64,000 nt of DNA from a virus (lineage: Duplodnaviria > Caudoviricetes): IMG/VR virus record IMGVR_UViG_3300042460_000519, positions 1,638-65,637 of that record, one strand, 5' to 3'. Of the stretch, positions 19,792 through 29,449 are shown piece by piece (position 1 is the stretch's first letter; every line of letters begins with the position of its first letter). The notes below the pieces were generated by a model, which was given only the letters and a program-made list of their open reading frames with translations, was not told where the DNA came from and ran no database searches. The translations under genes and the position numbers were made by a program.

Positions 19792-19831
19792 GAAAAGAAT
19801 TCCCCTCACCCTCCCAGAGGGGAACCTTTTC
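19792..19831 (+). terminator. Stem-loop after MCP (terminator or attenuator)
   Basis: TTCCCCTC-loop-GAGGGGAA followed by CCTTTT, with outer pairing GAAAAG/CTTTTC. Confidence 0.7.
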
Positions 19832-19833
19832 AA

Positions 19834-19892
19834 AAGAGTGATGAATATAGACTACATGTTTATATTGCATTCCTTTCGATAGGACCACTCTT
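19834..19892 (+). ncRNA. Candidate three-way-junction cis-regulatory RNA
   Basis: AAGAGTG/CACTCTT closes two hairpins (AATATAGAC..GTTTATATT and TCCT-TTCGAT-AGGA). Confidence 0.45.
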
Positions 19893-19926
19893 CAAATTAT
19901 AAACCAATTATTAATTAAACTACATT

Positions 19927-20898
19927 ATGGGCAAGTTAGGCAAAATTTCTACAATCAAGAAAGACTATTCAAATAATACACAATTGCAGACAATGCAAAG
20001 TGAGCTTTCAAGAAACAATATGACAAGAATTCCTGGTACAGGAGTTTTCAAATATCCTTATAAGGAATTAGATGGTCAGTACAGAACAGGGTTAGATCCA
20101 AATGCTTCTTATATTAAGAGAATTTCAGATCCAACAGAAAGAGAAATGGAGATAGAAAGAGTTACAAAACTTCGTGAGAAATTAGAATCTGCATTAGGAG
20201 ATATTGATTTATCACCAAGATCTAAATTTTGGAACTATGGATTATCACTTTCTACAGATGATGTTACACACGTACAATCTGTAAAATTATTAGATGGAGA
20301 TAACTATTTTGATCTTAGCGTTCCTTTTCAGGAATTAGCATTTTCATGGTTAAGGGTTCATCCAACTATTGCAAGTTCTTATCAAGCTTGGGAAAGAGGT
20401 GAATATGCTGCAGATATACAATTCTACATTGTAGATGAAGATATCGAAAGTGGAATAGTATTTAAGAAAAAACAATTGATTAACAAAGCAATTGTTAAGT
20501 TTGATTCTATGACTCCTGAGAAAAAACGTAAAGTGGCAAGACTATTAGGTCTTCCAGTATCAGAAGATTCAAAAGAAGAGATTGTATATAACCAAGTAGA
20601 TAACATGTTAAAACAATCAGAATTCAAATCTGGAACATTCCAAGGTTTAAATCCTGTTGAAGTATTTAACAGATTTGCTGACATGAAAGAAAACTTGTTA
20701 CATATTAAAGATTTAGTTAAACAAGCAATTAATCATTCTGTATATAGAATCAAACCAACTGGTAAGGTTTATGAAGGAGATTATGAAATTGCTTCAGATG
20801 AGGAAGCATTAGTTAAATTCCTTGCAGATGATGATAATCAAGAAGATTTAATTGTTCTTGAACAAAAATTAAAAACAAAAAAAATAGCTGCTGTATAA
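19927..20898 (+). CDS. Conserved crAss-like capsid-block protein (first gene after MCP)
   Basis: 323 aa; assignment by synteny. Confidence 0.6.
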   Translation: MGKLGKISTIKKDYSNNTQLQTMQSELSRNNMTRIPGTGVFKYPYKELDGQYRTGLDPNASYIKRISDPTEREMEIERVTKLREKLESALGDIDLSPRSKFWNYGLSLSTDDVTHVQSVKLLDGDNYFDLSVPFQELAFSWLRVHPTIASSYQAWERGEYAADIQFYIVDEDIESGIVFKKKQLINKAIVKFDSMTPEKKRKVARLLGLPVSEDSKEEIVYNQVDNMLKQSEFKSGTFQGLNPVEVFNRFADMKENLLHIKDLVKQAINHSVYRIKPTGKVYEGDYEIASDEEALVKFLADDDNQEDLIVLEQKLKTKKIAAV

Positions 20899-20922
20899 CA
20901 TAGTATCTAAAAAACATAAAAA

Positions 20923-21654
20923 ATGATTCAAGTAGATAGTTTATTATATAAGATTGATCAAAGACTAAATAAGCTATCTACTAATGAACATCAACAGATT
21001 CAGCTTGAAGATAAGATCTTGGCTCTTAATGAAGCTCAGATTAAATTGATAAAGCAAAAGATTGATAACTTTAGTACTGTTAGCCAAATGGGTCTTGATT
21101 CATTTAAAAAACGTTACGAAGATTTACAAAGTCTTGTGATTGCATATAATGATGGACAACTTCCATTAACATTAAAAAATGCAGAATTAAATCAGTGGAA
21201 AGCAAACGTTCATGATCTTAACCCAAAATATATGTTCTATATAGATTCATATGTTTTAGCTGATAAAGGAAGATGTAAGAATAGAAAGATTTGGATTAAT
21301 AGAGATCTTGCAAAGCATGGTGACCTACAGTTCATATTAAATAACACTCATTACAAACCAAGCTTTGAATATCAAGAGACATTCAACTCACTTGCTTCAG
21401 ATGAAATAACTATATTTACAGATGGAACATTTCTTCCTAAGAATATAAATATATCATATATGAGATATCCTGTATATATAAATAAAACAGGTTATATAAT
21501 GTTTGATGGGCAACCATCCTTTGATCAAGATTGCGAATTAGAAACATATCTAGAAGATGAATTGTTAGACTTAACAGTACAAAATCTAGCAATGTATACA
21601 GAGAATCAATCTGCTGTTCAAAATGCAGCATATAGGATTCAAACAAACGAGTAA
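20923..21654 (+). CDS. Head-tail adaptor / ring protein
   Basis: ALNEAQ...SYMRYP...CEL...LEDELLDLTV pattern typical of crAss-like ring proteins. Confidence 0.6.
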   Translation: MIQVDSLLYKIDQRLNKLSTNEHQQIQLEDKILALNEAQIKLIKQKIDNFSTVSQMGLDSFKKRYEDLQSLVIAYNDGQLPLTLKNAELNQWKANVHDLNPKYMFYIDSYVLADKGRCKNRKIWINRDLAKHGDLQFILNNTHYKPSFEYQETFNSLASDEITIFTDGTFLPKNINISYMRYPVYINKTGYIMFDGQPSFDQDCELETYLEDELLDLTVQNLAMYTENQSAVQNAAYRIQTNE

Positions 21655-21680
21655 ATTTTTAACTTTAATAAATAAATAAA

Positions 21681-22826
21681 ATGGCAGATTTTTCATTAAC
21701 TACGTTATTCGTGGTTCCCAGTGGCGTTCCAATCGCTAGTCCTGGTACATTGACACAAGCCCTTGATGGAACAAGTGGTGAGGTAGGATTTTTTAATCCA
21801 AATTACGTAGCTGTAAATGCTGGAAGCGTTGACAACTTTCCTTATTTCTATGTAGCTCAAGGTAGAATTAACACTTATCTTCAAGGAACAAAACGTTCTG
21901 ACAAGATTGCAGGTTGCCCAGGTGGACAATCTTGTAAATCAAATGTAATTGAAGCTTACAAAGTAGTAGGATGTCCAACTCCAGTAAATCAAATTACTGA
22001 AATTGATTCATGGAATGTTCATTGTGGTGACACTGTGACATTGACATTAAGAGGATTTTCTTCTTATCTTAACACATTGTATTTCAATGGATTCACACGT
22101 TCAGTAACTGTACAAGCACCTTGTTGTGATTGTGATGGTAACCCATGTGATACTGTTGATGTAAATGCTTTAATCAATCAATTCATTGATAAATTAGAAG
22201 CACAAGCTCCTGGTAACAATCCTGACAACATTCACTTAACTCAATTCTATACATTTACAAATGTAGCTGGAACAACTTTGAAAATTGAAGGAAAACCATT
22301 AACTGCATATGGACAACCATGTGACGTTGCTGCGTTCCCATTCGAATTTGATAGACTTTGGTTTAGAACTTTTGTATACAGTGGTCCTGCAACTACAGCT
22401 GACTTTATCGTTGCTGATAATTGTAACATTGTTGCTGAAGCTGTTGTAACTCAAGAATCTAACTTTGCTAGAGGATTGTCTACAGAAATTGCTCAATTAG
22501 AGAAAAACTTCTATAGCTACCAAGCAGGTTACTTGAAACACTTATACAGAATAGCTGGTTACAATGGTAACTTTGAAAGCTGGGTTACTCCTGGTGCTAC
22601 TTATGATACTTACTATGTTAAATTTAATGAGTATGGTAAAGGTGCTTACAACTGGGGTGATTACATCACAGAAGACTCTACAGTGATTATAGCTGCTGTT
22701 ACTGGTTCAACTGAATCTACAACTGTAAATAATATCTTAGCTGCTGCTCTTGGATCAGAATATTTTACTGATGCTTCATCTGGAGATTGTATCACTACAA
22801 CTTCTACTACTACTGCACCAGCATAG
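21681..22826 (+). CDS. Abundant structural protein (auxiliary capsid-like) with C-terminal Thr tail
   Basis: 381 aa, beta-rich, high-expression codons, own terminator; ends CITTTSTTTAPA. Confidence 0.6.
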   Translation: MADFSLTTLFVVPSGVPIASPGTLTQALDGTSGEVGFFNPNYVAVNAGSVDNFPYFYVAQGRINTYLQGTKRSDKIAGCPGGQSCKSNVIEAYKVVGCPTPVNQITEIDSWNVHCGDTVTLTLRGFSSYLNTLYFNGFTRSVTVQAPCCDCDGNPCDTVDVNALINQFIDKLEAQAPGNNPDNIHLTQFYTFTNVAGTTLKIEGKPLTAYGQPCDVAAFPFEFDRLWFRTFVYSGPATTADFIVADNCNIVAEAVVTQESNFARGLSTEIAQLEKNFYSYQAGYLKHLYRIAGYNGNFESWVTPGATYDTYYVKFNEYGKGAYNWGDYITEDSTVIIAAVTGSTESTTVNNILAAALGSEYFTDASSGDCITTTSTTTAPA

Positions 22827-22849
22827 TTAGTAAAATAATATTAACTAAT

Positions 22850-22882
22850 AAAGGGAAGGAGATAAACTCCCTTCCCTTTTTT
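22850..22882 (+). terminator. Intrinsic terminator
   Basis: AAAGGGAAGGAG-ATAAA-CTCCCTTCCC followed by TTTTTT. Confidence 0.85.
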
Positions 22883-22898
22883 ATTAAAATAAAATAAT

Positions 22899-23462
22899 AT
22901 GCCATCATTAAACTTAGATATTTTAGTAGTTCCTACGTATAACACATTAACTCTTGGAGTTATTGATGCTTCTACATATCCAACTACTCCCCCTAATGTA
23001 ACATCTCCAACAATAGAAATAACTCCTCCTGGATTTAATGTTGCAGTTATTCCTTTTGATGTTGATAATTTTAATATCTTTACATCAGCAAATTTAGGAA
23101 TTTCATCAGCAGGGACTAGTCAACCTCTTCCTGATGGTGTATATCACTTAAGATATTCCATTGCACCTGCATTTGTAAACTTTGTAGAAAAGTCTATAAT
23201 GCGTACAGATCAAATTCAAGAAAGATTTGATCAAGCATTTATGACACTTGATATGATGGAGTGCGATAGTGCAATTAGAACACAATCTAAAGTGGAACTA
23301 ACATCTATATATTTTTTTATTCAAGGAGCAATTGCAGCAGCTAATAACTGTGCAATAGTAAATGCAAACAAACTATACAATCAAGCAGATAGAGCATTAA
23401 CAGCTTTCATAAGAAATAATTGTGGATGTTCTGGTAATAATTATATAAACAACTTTAATTAA
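22899..23462 (+). CDS. Virion structural protein (fibre hub/collar-like)
   Basis: 187 aa with LPDGVY.LRY and Cys-rich helical end; first gene of the fibre block. Confidence 0.55.
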   Translation: MPSLNLDILVVPTYNTLTLGVIDASTYPTTPPNVTSPTIEITPPGFNVAVIPFDVDNFNIFTSANLGISSAGTSQPLPDGVYHLRYSIAPAFVNFVEKSIMRTDQIQERFDQAFMTLDMMECDSAIRTQSKVELTSIYFFIQGAIAAANNCAIVNANKLYNQADRALTAFIRNNCGCSGNNYINNFN

Positions 23463-23469
23463 AAATAAA

Positions 23470-23589
23470 ATGGCAAATTGTGGAAACTGTGGTGCTAATG
23501 TTGGATGTGGATGTCAATTAAGAGATGGCTTATGCGCAGCTTGTCGTGCTGCTGCAAATAAAGCATTAAAATTTTTTAGATTATGTTAA
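23470..23589 (+). CDS. 39-aa Cys-rich peptide
   Basis: Hand-translated MANCGNCGANVGCGCQLRDGLCAACRAAANKALKFFRLC; A-rich leader; overlaps the start of the next gene. Confidence 0.7.
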   Translation: MANCGNCGANVGCGCQLRDGLCAACRAAANKALKFFRLC

Positions 23590-24581
23590 CACCTAGATTA
23601 ACTAATTGTGCACAATGCGAAGATATATGTTCATTAATTGAAAGTATAGATTGCAAGGTTGCAGAGATGAGTGTTAGCTTATACAACAATGTTGTATTTA
23701 TGCTAAACAAATCTTTCAACCATGAACTACTTTCTGATTTATTGAACTATAAACGTATTCTACAGTACAAGGTGTGTAATCCAAATTATGCAGGACATTT
23801 CACTGTCAATATGATTGCTAGTAAAGTGAGAAGATTTACATCTGGATGTATAAAAGATTGTAGTTGTCGTACTTCTGGTGCAGGAACTATAATTACAACA
23901 ACATCTACAAGTACCATCCCACCTCTTACAACTACCACTACTTCTAGTTCTACCAGTACTACAACCAGTACTAGTACCACTATAGTACCAACTACAACCA
24001 CTACTAGTTCAAGTAGCACTAGCACAAGTACGTCAACTAGTTCTAGTACATCTACTAGTACTAGCTCAACAACTAGTACAACTACTACTGAAGGACCTAC
24101 AACTACTACCACTAGTTCTAGTAGTACGTCAACTACTACATCAACCAGTAGTAGCACTACTACAACTACTACAACAGCGTGTGTAAATAGACCAGTAGGT
24201 TTAACTAATGGTAATTTAATACAAGCTGTTAATAACCCAGGAGATCCATCTAGAAATTTTTCTAATGTGTCTGTTGCATATGCTTGTGATACATTTAGTT
24301 ATTTTAGATCAGTACCTATGACAACAGGTTCAGGAGCAAGTTATATAGATATGCAATATAGCACACTAGCTATTGGGGAAGTAATATATAATGATAATAA
24401 TGGAACTAATTGTGTTAGAGTTGCAAATGGGTTTTACTGGTTTCAACCAAATATTATTAGTCCAATAACATACTTTAAAGGTATTAATCAAATAAGTATT
24501 GTTACAACAGTAGGTGGAGTAATTACAGCAATTGATATTTGTGATTATGTTCCAACAACTACAACAACAACAACAGTATAA
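23583..24581 (+). CDS. Thr/Ser-rich fibre or decoration protein with Cys module
   Basis: Cys-rich helical N-domain, about 95 aa of nearly pure Thr/Ser, then a C-terminal module also present in 35149..41040. Confidence 0.75.
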   Translation: MLTPRLTNCAQCEDICSLIESIDCKVAEMSVSLYNNVVFMLNKSFNHELLSDLLNYKRILQYKVCNPNYAGHFTVNMIASKVRRFTSGCIKDCSCRTSGAGTIITTTSTSTIPPLTTTTTSSSTSTTTSTSTTIVPTTTTTSSSSTSTSTSTSSSTSTSTSSTTSTTTTEGPTTTTTSSSSTSTTTSTSSSTTTTTTTACVNRPVGLTNGNLIQAVNNPGDPSRNFSNVSVAYACDTFSYFRSVPMTTGSGASYIDMQYSTLAIGEVIYNDNNGTNCVRVANGFYWFQPNIISPITYFKGINQISIVTTVGGVITAIDICDYVPTTTTTTTV

Positions 24582-24602
24582 ATAAAATAAAAATAATATA
24601 AC

Positions 24603-25727
24603 ATGTCTTGTACAAATTGCTTTAATGGATGTGCTGAAACTATCTCAGATCAGTGCGTAAAATATACAGGAATAGATGTTCCTGCTCTTGGCATTTCAAC
24701 TGGTGATAATTTATTATCTGTTGAAAATGCAATTACAAACTTTCTTGTTCCAGCAATAAATGGTACAGGAATAAAACCTATTATAGATCCTAACATTATA
24801 TGTGACATTGTAAAAAGTTATCTTCCTCCTTGTACTACGTGTGTAGGATTTACATTGAATGAAGTACTTACAGCAATAATAGAAGCAACATGTGATGTGC
24901 AAACACAAGTTACTGGAAATACTACTACATTAAACACACTTAATGCAAATTATATAATAGGTTGTTTAACAGGAGTTACAGCTTCTTCAGATACACATGA
25001 TATTGTGCAAGCTGTAATTAATAATCTTTGTTCTTTAAATAGTGCATTCTCTGCATTAATAGTAAGTCTTCCTAATACATATGTTCCTATTAATTCTTCT
25101 CCAGGAAATCCTGGAATCAATGATTATATTGAAACATATATAAACACAGAAAGCACTACGTTACTTGCTCAAGGTAGAATGATTCCTTATACAGCAGTTC
25201 CTTATTATGGACCATTGTCTGGTTATCCAACTGCAACTGACAGTCTTAGTTTACTAGGGCAAGGTATAGGATATTGGGCTAAAATATATTTATGTAATGG
25301 ATTAAATGGTACACCAGATTTAAGAGGAAGAACATTAGTAGGGGTAACTACAGGAATGGGTGGAGGGATATTTGATCCTGCTGTAGATCCAGCTGTAATA
25401 GGTAATCCTAATTATGGTATAGCAACAACTGTTGGAGAAAATACAGTAACATTAGGTGTTGGACAAATTCCTTCACATTCACATATTATTGATACTGTAG
25501 TTGACTTCAATGATCCTGGTCACAGTCATACATATGAGGGTGCAAATTGTTGTAGTGGTAATAATAATAGTGGTAGAAAATCTTCTCCAACTACTAAAAC
25601 AACAAGTACTCAACAAACAGGAATAACAGTAGGAGTTACAGCAACTGCACGTGATTTTGGAGGAGGAGGTTCTCATAACAATTATCAACCATCAAGAGGT
25701 TGTTATTATATAATGTATATACCTTAA
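24603..25727 (+). CDS. Tail fibre with phage tail-collar domain
   Basis: LCNGLNGTPDLRGRTLVG...VTL...QIPSHSH...DPGHSH...SHNNYQP...YIM is the tail-collar/short-fibre signature; Cys-rich 'type B' N-terminus. Confidence 0.8.
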   Translation: MSCTNCFNGCAETISDQCVKYTGIDVPALGISTGDNLLSVENAITNFLVPAINGTGIKPIIDPNIICDIVKSYLPPCTTCVGFTLNEVLTAIIEATCDVQTQVTGNTTTLNTLNANYIIGCLTGVTASSDTHDIVQAVINNLCSLNSAFSALIVSLPNTYVPINSSPGNPGINDYIETYINTESTTLLAQGRMIPYTAVPYYGPLSGYPTATDSLSLLGQGIGYWAKIYLCNGLNGTPDLRGRTLVGVTTGMGGGIFDPAVDPAVIGNPNYGIATTVGENTVTLGVGQIPSHSHIIDTVVDFNDPGHSHTYEGANCCSGNNNSGRKSSPTTKTTSTQQTGITVGVTATARDFGGGGSHNNYQPSRGCYYIMYIP

Positions 25728-25733
25728 TTACTT

Positions 25734-26840
25734 ATGTGGCCATTCTTACCAAAAAAATGCAATTGTCCAGAAACTCCTACTAACCCAGGAACATCATGTG
25801 ATCATAGTGGTCTTACCACTAATGATTTAATATATAATGGTCCAAATGGAGTGTGTTCTAATGTTACTACAGAAATGACAGTAACAGAAGCGTTTCAACA
25901 ATTAGATTATTTTTTATGTAGCGTAGAGTTCACACAATATCTATTAGATTTAATACAAAACAATCCAAACTTATTTCCTAATTTCATTACATTAGTTAAT
26001 GGAGCAATTGATTGTAGTACAATAATTGCATGTGGTCCTCCACCTATTGATTGTACATTTACAGCAAGTGCTAATCAAATTCTTTTATGTACATTTACAG
26101 CAAGTGCTACTGAATTACCTACATGTAATTTTACAGGAAGTGTTAATCAAGTTCCAGATTCTACTACTACATCTACAACTAGTAGTTCTTCAACTAGCAC
26201 CAGTACCAGTACCAGTACCAGTACTTCTACATCTACTACTACCACTACATGCCCATGTTATACTTGGGATATTGATGCAACTGCACCAGATGTTGCAGCA
26301 GGACTTAATCTTGCTTATATAAACTGTAATGGTGATCCTACTAATGAAGAGATTATAGGTGGTCGTCCTTTTACAAGATGTGTACAATCAGGTAGTACAC
26401 CTACATTAACTAGAGATGATTCTGCTCCACTAGAAGATTCAACAGTAACAATAACAAGTGACTGTTGTACATCACCTCCACCTATCTCATCAACAACCAC
26501 AACAACCACTAGTAATACATTTGGTCCACTAATTGTTCAAAATGATTCAGTTAATCTTACAGTAAATTCTGTCACAGCACTATTTGCTTTTATAAGTATT
26601 CCACCTACTCCTCCAACTACAATAACAACAGGAACTCACGAAGCTTTGGTTAACGCTATTACTGTTAACGTTACTTCAAATATAGCTCCTAATTGTATGA
26701 AACTTTATATAGGTGGTTCTTTTATACAGCAGGTAACTATTGTTGGAACTGGAGCACATCAATTTGATCCACTTATTGTTGCTGATACAGTTGAAGTTAA
26801 AATAGTAATTAATGATTTTGAGTGTATTGAACCTGAGTAG
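25734..26840 (+). CDS. Thr/Ser-rich modular fibre protein (type B anchor)
   Basis: ND.IY.GPN..C..VT...TVTEA N-domain, three 12-aa CTFTAS repeats, T/S linker and CPCYTWD module. Confidence 0.75.
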   Translation: MWPFLPKKCNCPETPTNPGTSCDHSGLTTNDLIYNGPNGVCSNVTTEMTVTEAFQQLDYFLCSVEFTQYLLDLIQNNPNLFPNFITLVNGAIDCSTIIACGPPPIDCTFTASANQILLCTFTASATELPTCNFTGSVNQVPDSTTTSTTSSSSTSTSTSTSTSTSTSTTTTTCPCYTWDIDATAPDVAAGLNLAYINCNGDPTNEEIIGGRPFTRCVQSGSTPTLTRDDSAPLEDSTVTITSDCCTSPPPISSTTTTTTSNTFGPLIVQNDSVNLTVNSVTALFAFISIPPTPPTTITTGTHEALVNAITVNVTSNIAPNCMKLYIGGSFIQQVTIVGTGAHQFDPLIVADTVEVKIVINDFECIEPE

Positions 26841-26874
26841 TCATTAAAGTTAATAAATAAAAATAAATAAAAAC

Positions 26875-28008
26875 ATGATAATAGTAACAACATTAGTTAT
26901 TCCTCCTGGAAATGATCCTGGGCCATTTAATCTTTATTCAGATTCAGATGGGTACACAGTTCCATTTGCAACGAATGTGTCTGCTGCTGCATTGCAAGCT
27001 GGATACAGTTCAACTGTACCTAATGACGCTACAATAATTAGAGTGATGTCTACTGGATTGTGTACAAACTTTATTGATTTAAATATAAATTTAATTACTA
27101 CCACTACAACAAGTAGTTCAACTAGCACCAGCACTTCAACTAGTACATCTACTTCAACCAGCACAAGTACTTCTACTAGCACTAGCACCAGTACATCTAC
27201 ATCAACTAGTAGCAGTACCACTACAACTACTACTACATCAGCGTGCACTTGTTATAATCTAACTTCTATACCTCTTGGGGTTTCTATAGGCAATACAGAA
27301 TTTGACTATATAGATTGTTTCACAAATGAACCTGCATCTATTATAGTGTTTACTGATACTCCAGTAGATATTTGTGCTAAAACAGGTAGTGTAATAAAAG
27401 GTGCAGGAGATCCTGGACTAACCCTTCCATCTGAGTCAGATTGTTGTGGACTAATAGTTTGTGAATGTTACGAGGTGAATTATATTGGTCCACCAGACCC
27501 AGAATTCCCTACTATTGGAGTTACATATTTCTCATATCGTAATTGTTCAGGGGATCTAGTAAATACTGCTGTAGGAAACGATTTAGGATTCCCACTCTTT
27601 CAAAAAATTTGTGCTCAAGAAGGTACTATTACAATAACTGGTGGTGATGAAGGCTGTGGTGGTAGTGGTTTACCATGTGCTACTTGGGACATAACAACTG
27701 GTGTGGATTGTTGTCTATCATTTTTCCCTTCTTTTATATCTGAAACACCAGAACCTATAAATGGTTGTGCTGCAACATTAGATACTCCTTGTTGGGTATC
27801 AAATATTGGTGGAACAGCAGGTAACGAAATAATAACTAGTAGCAGTACTGTTTATCTTGATTCTACTGGTACTATTCCATTTATAGGAGCTGGAGTAGAT
27901 AATTTTTATAAAATAACAATTACAGGTAGTACAAAATGTACATCAAGTGAAGTTGCTCCAGATGGTGATGTTGGTGGTTTAATTGGTATATGTTCTACAT
28001 GTCCATAG
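26875..28008 (+). CDS. Thr/Ser-rich modular fibre protein (type A anchor)
   Basis: GPFNLYSD.DGY..PFATN N-domain, long TS linker, tandem C.CY...Y..C...IC...CC modules. Confidence 0.75.
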   Translation: MIIVTTLVIPPGNDPGPFNLYSDSDGYTVPFATNVSAAALQAGYSSTVPNDATIIRVMSTGLCTNFIDLNINLITTTTTSSSTSTSTSTSTSTSTSTSTSTSTSTSTSTSTSSSTTTTTTTSACTCYNLTSIPLGVSIGNTEFDYIDCFTNEPASIIVFTDTPVDICAKTGSVIKGAGDPGLTLPSESDCCGLIVCECYEVNYIGPPDPEFPTIGVTYFSYRNCSGDLVNTAVGNDLGFPLFQKICAQEGTITITGGDEGCGGSGLPCATWDITTGVDCCLSFFPSFISETPEPINGCAATLDTPCWVSNIGGTAGNEIITSSSTVYLDSTGTIPFIGAGVDNFYKITITGSTKCTSSEVAPDGDVGGLIGICSTCP

Positions 28009-28037
28009 TAAAAAATAAATAAAAAATAAATAAAAAC

Positions 28038-29426
28038 ATGATAGCATTAATAACATTAGTTATACCAGTAGGAGGTTCTGCTGGACCATTTGATCTCTAT
28101 TCAGATGCAAATGGTTATACAATTCCATTTGCAACAAATATATCAGCTGTTGTATTACAAGCTGGATATACATCTAATGTTGTTCCTGATGGTACAACTA
28201 TAATTAGAGTGACTTCTGTAGGTATATGTACAAATTCTGTTGATACACCAATAAATTTAATTACAACTACAACTACTAGTAGCACATCTACTAGTAGCAC
28301 GTCAACTACGTCTACATCAACAACTGTTGCTCAAGCATGTTATGTATATGAATTAACAGCAACAATTGATAATGCTAGTTGGACAGCACAGTTATGTTCT
28401 GGAGGTGTTACGTCAGGAGTGTTACCTTTTATTGGAAATACCTTTACAACACCTTGTATTATAAATACATCATTAGTATTAACTGGCATCACTGCTTTTA
28501 CAAATTCTATTGATTGTTCAACAACCACAACAACTAGTAGTAGTTCAACAAGTACAAGTACAAGCACAAGTACCAGTACATCTACTAGCACAACTACATC
28601 AACTAGTTCTTCTACAACAACAACCACCACTACTGAATGTCCATGTTATACTTGGGATTTTGTAGTAGGTCCAACTGATGCAGCAGAAGGAGGAGTTAAT
28701 CTTCAATACACTCAATGTAGTGGTGCTCTTAAAATTAGACGACAACTAACTGCAGGCACATTTAGTGTTTGCATAGGTTCAAACGAAATATATGATATAA
28801 CAAAAATTGAAGGTGGAACTGTTGACGATTCAACATTAACAATAACTAGTGAATGTTGTACACAACCACCATATACTTGTCAAACATATCAGATAAATCC
28901 TCCTGTAGACTTTGGAGATCCATCACACGTTGTGGAATATATAGATTGTGTTTCAAACATTCCATTTACTGTATCGTTAGTATATGGTGATGGTGGTGTT
29001 CCTATATGTCAATCAAGTATAGTAAGTGATAGTAACAGCTTACTTACAGATGGACCTTTAGGATCATGTCCAACTACAACCACAACTACTACTCCAGCTC
29101 CTTCTATTTTAAATTGGGAGTATCAAAAAACTTCACCATCAGAAGGACTTTTATCAATAGAACTAAATAGTAGTGGTGTTTTAGCACAAACTACTGATGG
29201 TTCAGGTACAATAACACCTTGTAATGTTGGGGATATATTAGTTGTTGAAGCTATTCCTACAGCACCAGTTGAAAACACTACAGTAGAACTTACTATAACC
29301 AATTTTTCTGGAACAGTATTTTATGAGACACAAACAGGAGGAGCATCAATAACAACACCACCAATTACAATACTAGTAGGAGAATCTCCTTATTTAGTGG
29401 ATGTGAAGTTTTATGCTGCAATTTAA
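28038..29426 (+). CDS. Thr/Ser-rich modular fibre protein (type A anchor)
   Basis: N-domain closely paralogous to 26875..28008; three linkers and several Cys modules. Confidence 0.75.
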   Translation: MIALITLVIPVGGSAGPFDLYSDANGYTIPFATNISAVVLQAGYTSNVVPDGTTIIRVTSVGICTNSVDTPINLITTTTTSSTSTSSTSTTSTSTTVAQACYVYELTATIDNASWTAQLCSGGVTSGVLPFIGNTFTTPCIINTSLVLTGITAFTNSIDCSTTTTTSSSSTSTSTSTSTSTSTSTTTSTSSSTTTTTTTECPCYTWDFVVGPTDAAEGGVNLQYTQCSGALKIRRQLTAGTFSVCIGSNEIYDITKIEGGTVDDSTLTITSECCTQPPYTCQTYQINPPVDFGDPSHVVEYIDCVSNIPFTVSLVYGDGGVPICQSSIVSDSNSLLTDGPLGSCPTTTTTTTPAPSILNWEYQKTSPSEGLLSIELNSSGVLAQTTDGSGTITPCNVGDILVVEAIPTAPVENTTVELTITNFSGTVFYETQTGGASITTPPITILVGESPYLVDVKFYAAI

Positions 29427-29449
29427 TAATAAAATAAATAAAAAATAAA

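Noticed and set aside
22824-28010. Stop-codon reassignment or TAG readthrough as in some crAss-like phages
   Set aside because: Genes are full length in code 11. TAG stops at 22826, 26840 and 28008 are followed closely by further in-frame stops, and no suppressor tRNA was seen.
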